Of a DNA stretch of 25,861 nt, positions 7,999 to 15,475 are shown one piece after another (positions within the stretch are counted from its first letter, which is position 1; each line of letters begins with the position of its first letter). This DNA comes from Bacillota bacterium (GTDB taxonomy: Bacteria > Bacillota > Sulfobacillia > JAJZIM01 > JAJZBP01), in assembly GCA_021798855.1 (NCBI GenBank), contig JAJZBP010000002.1, positions 1 through 25,861 of the forward strand, in the 5' to 3' direction. The notes below the pieces were generated by a model. It ran no database searches and was not told where the DNA came from. It saw nothing but the letters and a program-made list of their open reading frames with translations. Both the position numbers and the translations under genes were made by a program.

Positions 7999-8502
7999 AT
8001 GGCTAAAAGATTGACCTCCGGTTTCGACCGTACTCTGGATCTGAATGGTTCCGGCCATCGTTTACGTGAATTACGCGAAAAACGAAATAGCCTGGAGGAA
8101 CAACTTATCGCCGGGATTTCCCTGCTCCGGGGCTCTTTGGTGAGCCAGTTTAAGACCTGCGGCAAGAAAAACTGCCATTGCCAAAACGGCAAAAAGCATG
8201 GGCCCTTTACGTATTTGTCCCTGCGGGTGGCCGGCAGGACCAAGATGCTGTTCATACGGGAGGCCGACCGTGCCGAAGTCGAGGAATTGGTGGGTAACTA
8301 CCGCGACTTCCGGCGGGTCAAGGCGGAATTGGCCGGCTTGAACCGCGAAATCTCCCGGCTGCTGGACGGAGTGGAAGCCGCCCGCCTGTGCGGGGGCGAG
8401 GCCTTGTTCCTCCAACAAGCGTCTCGTCCCCAGCGGTTCATGGTTGGCGCGGAAGGAACGGATTCCGGCGGGCGAAGTGAACAAAAAAGACGACTGACTT
8501 AG
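7999..8502 (+). CDS. DUF6788-like protein with a Cys/His cluster
   Basis: LRGSL...CGKKNCHCQNGKKHGPFTYLS...GRTK motif, recalled as DUF6788. Start uncertain (7951, 7960 or 7999). Confidence 0.7.
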   Translation: MAKRLTSGFDRTLDLNGSGHRLRELREKRNSLEEQLIAGISLLRGSLVSQFKTCGKKNCHCQNGKKHGPFTYLSLRVAGRTKMLFIREADRAEVEELVGNYRDFRRVKAELAGLNREISRLLDGVEAARLCGGEALFLQQASRPQRFMVGAEGTDSGGRSEQKRRLT

Positions 8503-8535
8503 TAGCCGCGACTGATTTTAAGTCCGCAGTTGCGG
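8502..8535 (+). repeat. GTAG followed by a 9-bp hairpin (REP-like architecture)
   Basis: GTAG (8502-8505), then CCGCGACTG (8506-8514) pairing with CAGTTGCGG (8527-8535, one G-T pair). 12-nt loop. Single copy in the window. Confidence 0.35.
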
Positions 8536-8566
8536 TCATGGGTCCCGAAAAGCCGAGGTTGCCACC

Positions 8567-8592
8567 GCCCCCGCGAGGGGTTATTTTATTTT
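8567..8592 (+). terminator. Weak intrinsic terminator candidate downstream of the DUF6788 gene
   Basis: CCCC-GCGA-GGGG (4-bp stem, GNRA loop) followed by TTATTTTATTTT. Confidence 0.4.
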
Positions 8593-8648
8593 CCAAACGC
8601 CAGGGCCAAAGCCTCTCGGCCGGCCGGGCGGCTTGGGCGTCCAACGTT

Positions 8649-8911
8649 TTCGCCAAGGGAGACGCAGGTTCGCGCCCGGAGTCATCCGTTACGCCAGCCT
8701 TCCTGCTCGAGCGACAATTCGACAGTAAAGCCGGAATGACTTCGACAAAAGAAAAAAGCCGACGGGGATAATTAACAGGGAGCAGCCTTGTCCCGATGCT
8801 TATCAACAGAATTATCAACCGTTTCAACAGAAAAACTATCCACAACCGAAAAGTTATCCACAACCGGAGAAGAACATTGGTGGTTTATTCGACAAAGAAG
8901 AAGATTCGCCA
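8649..8911 (-). promoter_or_regulatory. Cluster of five Spo0A (0A) boxes
   Basis: TTCGACA (= TGTCGAA on minus) at 8718-8724, 8741-8747 and 8888-8894. TTCGCCA (= TGGCGAA) at 8649-8655 and 8905-8911. All fit TGNCGAA in the same orientation. Confidence 0.65.
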
Positions 8912-9094
8912 TTGTCCGAGTAATCCTTCGCTCGGCGGAACATGGGCACCCGGAAACTTGAAAACGCAAGGTCGCCGTCCGAGCCGGACGGAAGAGTGGG
9001 GGGCGAGCCTGCGGGAGGTTTGGAAAGTTTGGAAGCCGGAGGAGGATTTGCCGGGGAGGTTGGGGAATTAAATCAAGCCGCCTGCTCCTGTTAA
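8772..9094. repeat. Imperfect inverted repeat pair enclosing the DnaA boxes
   Basis: TTAACAGGGAGCAG (8772-8785) versus CTGCTCCTGTTAA (9082-9094): 13 matches with one indel. CTTG (8787-8790) / CAAG (9074-9077) extends the pairing. Confidence 0.5.
8800..8862 (+). promoter_or_regulatory. DnaA-box cluster
   Basis: TTATCAACA (8800-8808), TTATCAACC (8812-8820), degenerate GTTTCAACA (8821-8829), CTATCCACA (8836-8844) and perfect TTATCCACA (8854-8862). The last two sit in an 18-bp tandem repeat (8831-8866). Confidence 0.8.
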
Positions 9095-9195
9095 AAGACC
9101 GAGAAATTGTTCAAGCTTGTGGAGACAAACAAAATGTCCCGGCGGTTCCCATTGCGGTCCCAAAAGGTCGGAGGCATTAAAGGAGGATGGAGAAG

Positions 9196-9726
9196 ATGGA
9201 GATCGTGATCCACGGACGGAACCTGGACTTGACCGACGCCATCCGCCGGCATACGGGCGATAAATTGCGCAAGATGGAGAAATATTTGGGGAACGTGGTG
9301 GTGCAATTGGCCCTGGGAGTGGAAAAAGAACGGCACCGGGCCGAAATAACGGTCGGTTTCCACGGGCTGACGCTCCGCGCGGAGGAGGAAACGGGTGACC
9401 TCTATGCCTCCATTGACGGGGCGGTCAAGGTGCTGGAGGGGCAAATCCGGCGCCACCGGGACAAAATAGCCGCAAGGATCCGTCATGGAGGCGGGAAGGA
9501 ATTACAGCCTTTTTGGCGGCAGAAGGCGGGAGAGCCGGAAGATTCCGAGAAAGTGGTGCGGCATAAACGTTTTTCCCTGAAACTGATGGTGGTGGATGAG
9601 GCCATCTTGCAATTGAACCTGCTGGGTCACGATTTTTATGTTTTTGCCAACGCCGAAACCCAGCGGATCAATGTGCTCTACCGGCGTAAAAGCGGTGATT
9701 ACGGACTGCTCGAACCGGAACTGTAA
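9196..9726 (+). CDS. hpf: Long-form ribosome hibernation promoting factor
   Basis: GRNLDLTDAIR, DLYASID and the C-terminal EAILQLNLLGHDFYVF...NVLYRRKSGDYGLLEP domain. ATG 9196 is 9 nt after SD AAAGGAGG. Confidence 0.96.
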   Translation: MEIVIHGRNLDLTDAIRRHTGDKLRKMEKYLGNVVVQLALGVEKERHRAEITVGFHGLTLRAEEETGDLYASIDGAVKVLEGQIRRHRDKIAARIRHGGGKELQPFWRQKAGEPEDSEKVVRHKRFSLKLMVVDEAILQLNLLGHDFYVFANAETQRINVLYRRKSGDYGLLEPEL

Positions 9727-9762
9727 GGTTGCGGGTCGCCGGCGGGGGGGGCGGCGGCGTGT

Positions 9763-9800
9763 GGGTCGTTGCGCGCGGGGCGGCGGCGACCCTTTTTTTT
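9763..9800 (+). terminator. Intrinsic terminator after hpf
   Basis: GGGTCGTTGC (9763-9772) / GCGGCGACCC (9783-9792) stem followed by T8. Confidence 0.75.
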
Positions 9801-9812
9801 GGCCTTCCGACG

Positions 9813-9821
9813 TGCTAAAAT
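9813..9821 (+). promoter_or_regulatory. Extended -10 sigmaA promoter element for secA
   Basis: TGcTAAAAT about 35 nt upstream of the secA start. No recognisable -35. Confidence 0.5.
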
Positions 9822-9854
9822 GCTCCTTTGGATGAGCAGAAAGAGGGTTTTGAC

Positions 9855-12371
9855 GTGCTCAAATTCTTGAGCAACGTATTTCTGGGCAATTACAACGAAA
9901 AGGAAATTAAGCGCCTGCGCCGCCGGTTGGAAGCGGTCAACGCCCGGGAAGGGGAGACCGCGGCGCTGGATGACGGGGCTTTGCGAGCCAAGACCGGTGA
10001 ATTCCGGGGGCGCCTCGAACGGGGCGAAACCACGGATGAACTTCTGCCCGAGGCGTTCGCCGTGGCCAGGGAAGCGGCGCGGCGAACCCTGCAAATGCGG
10101 CACTTTGACGTTCAGGTGATCGGCGGGTTGGTGCTCCATGAAGGGCGGGTGGCGGAGATGGCCACCGGGGAGGGCAAGACGCTGGTGGCCACCTTGCCGG
10201 CATACCTGAACGCCTTAACCGGGAAAGGGGTGCACGTCGTCACCGTCAACGATTACCTGGCCAGCCGAGACAGCGAGTGGATGGGCCGGATTTACGCTTA
10301 CCTTGGTTTGTCCGTCGGACTGAACGTGCACGGCCTCGACTACCCACAAAAGGTGGAAGCCTATGCTGCCGACATAACCTACGGGACGAACAACGAGTTC
10401 GGCTTCGACTACCTGCGGGACAATATGGTGCTGCGCCCGGAGGAGATGGTGCAGCGGAATCTCCACTACGCCATCATCGACGAAGTGGATTCCATCCTGA
10501 TCGACGAGGCTCGAACTCCATTGATCATTTCCGGGCCGGGAGAGCGTTCCAGCGCCTTTTATCAGAGTTTCGCCCGGATCGTACCGCGGTTGGTCGCGGA
10601 GAAGGACTTCACCGTTGATGAGAAAAATCACGCCGTGGCTCCCACCGAGGAGGGGGTTGCGAAGGTGGAAAAAATGATCGGGGTGAAGAACCTCTACGCC
10701 AACCGGGCCCAGGACCTGTCCCACTACCTGCTCCAGTCGCTGAAGGCTCACGTTTTGATGAAGCGGGACCGGGATTACGTGGTCAAGGACAATCAGGTGA
10801 TCATCGTGGACGAATTTACCGGCAGGCTCATGTTCGGGCGGCGCTATTCGGACGGCCTGCACCAGGCCATAGAGGCCAAGGAAGGGGTCAAGGTCGAGGA
10901 GGAAAGTCAAACCCTGGCCACGATCACCTTTCAAAATTACTTCCGGATGTACGAGAAACTGGCCGGGATGACGGGAACGGCGGTCACCGAGGAGGAGGAA
11001 TTCCGCAAGATCTACGGGATGGATACGCTGGTGATCCCGACCAACAAGCCCCTGATCCGCAAGTATGAGCCGGACGCCGGTGATATAACGGAGACCGCCA
11101 ATTTCAGCTCGGCGGAGGGGGACATTGTCGAGTGCGACAGGCGGGGACAACCGGGTTTGGTGGGCACGATTTCCATTGAAAAATCGGAGCGGCTGTCGCG
11201 GATGCTCTCCCAGCGGGGGGTAACCCACGAGGTGTTGAACGCCAAGTACCACGAGCGGGAGGCCCAGATCGTCAGCCGGGCGGGGCAAAAGGGGGCGGTC
11301 ACCATCGCCACCAACATGGCCGGACGAGGGACGGACATCGTCTTGGGGGATGGCGTGGCGGATCTGGGTGGCCTGCGGATCATCGGCACCGAAAGGCACG
11401 AAAGCCGACGGATCGACAACCAGCTCCGGGGACGCGCCGGACGCCAGGGGGATCCCGGAGTCTCCCGGTTCTACCTTTCCCTGGAGGACGATCTGATGCG
11501 CATCTTCGGGGGAGACAACGTGAAAGGTCTGATGGATCGATTTGGTTTGGAGGAGGACCAGCCGCTGGAATCCGGCCTTTTGACCAGGACCATCGAAGGC
11601 AGCCAGAGAAAAGTGGAAAACCGGAACTTCGACCTGCGCAAGCACGTTCTGGAATACGACGATGTGATCAATACCCAGCGCGAGATCATTTACGCCGAGC
11701 GACGCCGCGTGCTGCGGGAGGAAAATCTGCGGGATCAGGTGATGGACATGGTGGGACAACTGATCGGCGATCTGGTGGCTTCCCATTGTCCGGACAAGGT
11801 CCATCCCGAGGAGTGGGACATCGACGGCCTATTGCGCGGTATGGAGGCCCACTTTCTGCATCCGGGCAGGGTGGAAGCTTCGCGGCTTGCCGGTAAGACC
11901 AGGGAGGAGATCGAGGAATTACTTTTGGGGATAGCCGAGGAATTGTACGCCGAAAGGGAGAAAACCCTGGGTCCGGAGATGATGCGCGAATTGGAGCGCG
12001 TTTTGCTCCTGCGGACGGTCGACAGCAAGTGGATCGAACACCTGGACGGCATGGATGAACTGCGGGACGGGATCGGCCTGCGGGCCTACGGCCAGCGGGA
12101 TCCCCTGGTGGAATACAAGCGCGAGGCCTACGATATGTTCCAGGAACTGGTCCAGGCGATTCGCAATGATGTCTCCCGGCTTATCTATCAGGTCGATGTG
12201 GTGGTTGAACAGCCGGAGGCTCCCCGGCAGGTCTTCGAGAACCTGGGAGGGGAAGTGAGTCCGGCCATTCCGGCCCGGGCGACGCCGACGGTCAAGGTGG
12301 GGCGAAACGATCCCTGCCCTTGCGGCAGTGGCGTCAAGTACAAGAAATGCCACGGTCGCGAGGCCGGATGA
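9855..12371 (+). CDS. secA: Preprotein translocase ATPase SecA
   Basis: [62 protein letters not shown] and the C-terminal zinc motif [22 protein letters not shown] 9855 follows SD AAGAGGG. Confidence 0.99.
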   Translation: MLKFLSNVFLGNYNEKEIKRLRRRLEAVNAREGETAALDDGALRAKTGEFRGRLERGETTDELLPEAFAVAREAARRTLQMRHFDVQVIGGLVLHEGRVAEMATGEGKTLVATLPAYLNALTGKGVHVVTVNDYLASRDSEWMGRIYAYLGLSVGLNVHGLDYPQKVEAYAADITYGTNNEFGFDYLRDNMVLRPEEMVQRNLHYAIIDEVDSILIDEARTPLIISGPGERSSAFYQSFARIVPRLVAEKDFTVDEKNHAVAPTEEGVAKVEKMIGVKNLYANRAQDLSHYLLQSLKAHVLMKRDRDYVVKDNQVIIVDEFTGRLMFGRRYSDGLHQAIEAKEGVKVEEESQTLATITFQNYFRMYEKLAGMTGTAVTEEEEFRKIYGMDTLVIPTNKPLIRKYEPDAGDITETANFSSAEGDIVECDRRGQPGLVGTISIEKSERLSRMLSQRGVTHEVLNAKYHEREAQIVSRAGQKGAVTIATNMAGRGTDIVLGDGVADLGGLRIIGTERHESRRIDNQLRGRAGRQGDPGVSRFYLSLEDDLMRIFGGDNVKGLMDRFGLEEDQPLESGLLTRTIEGSQRKVENRNFDLRKHVLEYDDVINTQREIIYAERRRVLREENLRDQVMDMVGQLIGDLVASHCPDKVHPEEWDIDGLLRGMEAHFLHPGRVEASRLAGKTREEIEELLLGIAEELYAEREKTLGPEMMRELERVLLLRTVDSKWIEHLDGMDELRDGIGLRAYGQRDPLVEYKREAYDMFQELVQAIRNDVSRLIYQVDVVVEQPEAPRQVFENLGGEVSPAIPARATPTVKVGRNDPCPCGSGVKYKKCHGREAG

Positions 12372-12472
12372 GATCCGTGCGCGAGGCCGTTTCGCGGAAT
12401 CGGGGCGGAGCCGGGGCGGAATCATGATGTCGAAATTTTCCATGGCGAAACGCGGACAGGAGGAAGAAAAAA

Positions 12473-13595
12473 CTGAATTACGACGAACTGAGGCTTGAAT
12501 TGGCCGCGCTGGGGGAAAAACTGGAACACCTTGGGAGGTCTCTTTGACCGGGCGGGCCGGGAAGCGGAACTGGCGAAATTGGAAGATCGGGCGGCGGACC
12601 CGGGGTTGTGGGCCGATCAGGAGGGTGCCCAGAAACTCCTGCGGCGGATCGCCGAGGGCAGGGCGCCTCTGGAGCGGTTGGACAACCTGATCAGGCGACA
12701 CGGTGATTTGGCAATCCTCCGCGAATTGGGGCAAGAGGAAAACGACGCTCAGGTGCGCGAAGAGGTGGAAGAGGGTTGGCGGGAACTGACCAGAGAAGCC
12801 GAGCGCCTGGAAATGGGTGTCGTCTTTCGCGGAAAGTATGACCGGGGAAACGCCATCTTGGCCCTGCACGCCGGGGCGGGCGGAACGGACGCCCAAGACT
12901 GGGTGGAGTCCCTGGCGCGGATGTACAACCGTTGGGCGGGCAGCCACGGTTTCCAGGCCGAAACCCTGGACCTTCTGGAGGGTGACGAGGCCGGCCTGAA
13001 GAGCATAACCATACAGGTCACCGGGGAAAACGCGTACGGTTACCTGAAGGCGGAACGGGGAGTTCACCGCCTGGTCAGGATCTCTCCGTTCGACGCCTCC
13101 GGCCGTCGGCACACCTCCTTTGCCTCGGTGGATTGCCTGCCTCAGATGGAGGAAGACGACGCGGAGGTGACCATCAACCCGGAGGACCTGCGGATCGACC
13201 CCTTCCGGGCGGGTGGCGCCGGCGGCCAGCACGTCAACAAAACCGAATCGGCGGTGCGCATCGTCCACCTGCCCACCAACACCGTGGTGACCTGTCAGAA
13301 GGAACGCTCCCAGCACTCCAACCGTGACACGGCCATGGGGATCCTGCGGGCCAAGCTCACGGAATTGAAGCTCGAGGAAGAGGAACGGGAAATCCAAAAC
13401 ATCCGGGGGGACCAAGGCGAAATCGCGTGGGGGAATCAGATCCGTTCTTACGTTTTCCAGCCGTATTCCCTGGTCAAGGACCACCGGACCGGCGTGGAAT
13501 TGGGAAACGTCCAGGGGGTCATGGACGGAGAGTTGGATCCGTTGATTCTGGCCTGGTTGCAATGGAGCGCTTCCGCAGCGGGGGGGCGGGGTTGA
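12473..13595 (+). CDS. prfB: Peptide chain release factor 2, programmed +1 frameshift after codon 24 (join 12473-12544, 12546-13595)
   Basis: SPF and GGQ motifs present (RISPFD, GAGGQHVNKTESAVR). Frame 0 reads xNYDELRLELAALGEKLEHLGRSL-stop and continues DRAGREAEL in +1. About 373 aa. Start inferred at CTG 12473. Confidence 0.95.
12533..12548 (+). promoter_or_regulatory. RF2 autoregulatory +1 frameshift signal
   Basis: GGG AGG TCT CTT TGA C: an internal SD followed by the canonical CTT-TGA-C shift site with standard spacing. Confidence 0.97.
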
Positions 13596-13727
13596 GGTTG
13601 AGCCGCCGCCCGGGCGCGGGCGGCGGGTGTGGGGCGGGTGGCGGATTCGTTCAGGGTGGCTTTTGGGATGTGCTCGGGGGGCTGTTGGGTAAAATAAGGG
13701 CGATTTGGCCGGCGGGGGGAAAGGGAA

Positions 13728-14447
13728 ATGCGCGGGCAGCGTTGTCGGATCCTGGGGGTTTCGGTTGACGTTCTCACGCTGGAGGAGGCTGCGCGGCGGG
13801 CCGAAACCATGTTGGCGGAGGGGGGAACCCACCTGGTGGTTACGCCCAACGCGGAGATGCTGAACCTTGCCGGAAGGGATCTGGATCTGAAGGGGATTTT
13901 GTGTCGAGCTGACCTGGTTCTTCCCGATGGAGCGGGAGTGGTCTTGGTCGGGAGGCTCAGGGGCATAAGGCGACTGGTGCGGGTGCCCGGGGTGGACTTC
14001 GTTCGCCGGCTCCTTGGTCGGGGCCGGCGGTCGGTGTTCCTCCTGGGAGGTGAGCGCGGAGTGGCGGAGTCGGCGGCGGAAAGTTTGCGGGCGGCGAACC
14101 CGACGTTGGAGGTGCGGGGTACGGCTCACGGTTATTTCACTGCGGAGGAGGAAACGTCTCTGGTGGAGACCATCCGTTCCTCCCGGGCGGAGATCCTCCT
14201 GGCGGGGCTCGGCGTCCCGCGGCAGGAAAAATGGCTGGCGGCCCACCTGGAACGGTTGGGAGTGGGCCTGGCCGTGGGCGTCGGTGGAGCGTTGGATGTC
14301 TTCGCCGGTAGGGCCGTGCGGTGTCCCTCCTGGATGGGGCGGATCGGCCTTGAGTGGCTTTATCGCTTGATCCGGGAACCGCGCCGAGCGGGGCGGATGC
14401 TGGCCCTGCCGCAGTTTTTCTGGGCGGCCCTGCGGGAGCGGGCGTGA
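13728..14447 (+). CDS. tagA: WecB/TagA/CpsF family N-acetylmannosaminyltransferase-like glycosyltransferase
   Basis: VVTPNAE, LVLPDGAGVV, VFLLGG, GLGVPRQEKW, GVGGALDV and GLEWLYRLIREPRR motifs. Confidence 0.92.
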   Translation: MRGQRCRILGVSVDVLTLEEAARRAETMLAEGGTHLVVTPNAEMLNLAGRDLDLKGILCRADLVLPDGAGVVLVGRLRGIRRLVRVPGVDFVRRLLGRGRRSVFLLGGERGVAESAAESLRAANPTLEVRGTAHGYFTAEEETSLVETIRSSRAEILLAGLGVPRQEKWLAAHLERLGVGLAVGVGGALDVFAGRAVRCPSWMGRIGLEWLYRLIREPRRAGRMLALPQFFWAALRERA

Positions 14448-15379
14448 AAGTCGGGAACCGTTGCCCATTGGAAAGGGTGGGACGCGGTTTTTGCCGGGTG
14501 GCGTCCCGTTTCGCCGGTGCGGTCGGCATCGGCCGATGGTGGAAAAGCTATCTGGGGATCACCCTGGGGACCGCCGTCACGGCGCTGGGAATCAACGCGT
14601 TCTACGTTCCCAATCGCCTCAACGACGGGGGAGTGACCGGGGTGGCCATCCTCCTGCACCTTGTCTGGGGGGTGCCCCTGGGAGTGGGCATTTTCGGACT
14701 CAACGTCCCCCTTTTCCTGGCCGGAGCCAGGGTTCTGGGTGGAGGTTTCGGGGCGCGCACGCTGTTTGGCATCGCCGCGCTCTCCCTGTGGAGCCAGGTG
14801 TTGCGGCCGCCGCCGGCAACCCACGACCTCCTGCTGGGTGCGGTCTACGGGGGGGTGCTCTCGGGGCTGGGATTGGGGATTGTCTTTCGCTCCCAGGGAA
14901 CCACCGGGGGGACGGACCTGGTGGCCAGGCTGTTGGTCCGTTACGCGCCACTGACCATGGGACAAGGGTTGTTGGCCGCGGACCTGGTGGTGATCGCGGC
15001 CACCAGCTTGGTTTTCGGTCTCACCCTGGGCATGTATTCCCTTTTTGCCCTCTTCGTGGCCACCAGGATGGTGGATGCGGTCCAATGGGGTTTGGACTAC
15101 TCCAAGGCAGCCTGGATCATCACCGAACGGGGAGGCACGGTGGCCAAAGAGATCATGGATGCTCTGGGCAGGGGGGCGACGGTGTTTCAGGCACGTGGAG
15201 CTTATACCGGGCGTGACAAGGACGCGGTTTTGGTGGTGATTTCCCGTTCGGAGGTGTTTGCCTTGAAAGCCGTCACTTATCGGGCGGATCCGCAAGCCTT
15301 CTTGGTATTTGGGGAAGCCCACGAAGTTTACGGCGAAGGTTTTCGTCAGGTCGAACATTTGGAGAAACGTCATGGGTGA
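14444..15379 (+). CDS. YitT family membrane protein
   Basis: GGVTGVAILL, NVPLF, GTTGGTD and LGRGATVFQARGAYTG...DPQAFLVFGEAHEVYGEGF motifs. Start uncertain: GTG 14444 overlaps the tagA stop, but homology begins near 14540. Confidence 0.88.
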   Translation: MKVGNRCPLERVGRGFCRVASRFAGAVGIGRWWKSYLGITLGTAVTALGINAFYVPNRLNDGGVTGVAILLHLVWGVPLGVGIFGLNVPLFLAGARVLGGGFGARTLFGIAALSLWSQVLRPPPATHDLLLGAVYGGVLSGLGLGIVFRSQGTTGGTDLVARLLVRYAPLTMGQGLLAADLVVIAATSLVFGLTLGMYSLFALFVATRMVDAVQWGLDYSKAAWIITERGGTVAKEIMDALGRGATVFQARGAYTGRDKDAVLVVISRSEVFALKAVTYRADPQAFLVFGEAHEVYGEGFRQVEHLEKRHG

Positions 15380-15475
15380 TCGCGCACTGCGGAAATGGGA
15401 TGTTTCCGGAGGCTGGGCGTCTTGGCCGAAGGCCGACGAGCCGGCTGATCATTCGCCGGAGACCGTGGTTTTGGT

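Noticed and set aside
8508-8530. GGACTTAAAATC on the minus strand resembling a tRNA-Leu(UAA) anticodon arm
   Set aside because: The stem is mismatched, and there is no T-loop (TTCGA), D-arm or acceptor stem.
8772-8911. Chromosomal oriC or a plasmid origin
   Set aside because: No dnaA, dnaN or rep gene nearby, and no AT-rich unwinding element or DnaA-trio array. The flanks are ordinary chromosomal core genes.
8438-9071. ORFs 8438..8863 (-), 8772..8969 (-) and 8796..9071 (+)
   Set aside because: They are read-throughs of the DnaA-box repeats (giving IHNR and WIT peptides) with no good SD or family motifs.
8503-9186. Known ncRNAs expected near hpf (raiA motif) or of similar size (6S, SRP, RNase P, tmRNA, c-di-GMP riboswitch, group II intron domain V)
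   Set aside because: I could not find their conserved sequence landmarks by eye. An Infernal/Rfam scan is needed to exclude divergent versions.
10215-14468. Long minus-strand ORFs 10215..11804 and 11919..14468
   Set aside because: Shadows of secA, prfB and tagA, expected in GC-rich DNA where stop codons are rare.
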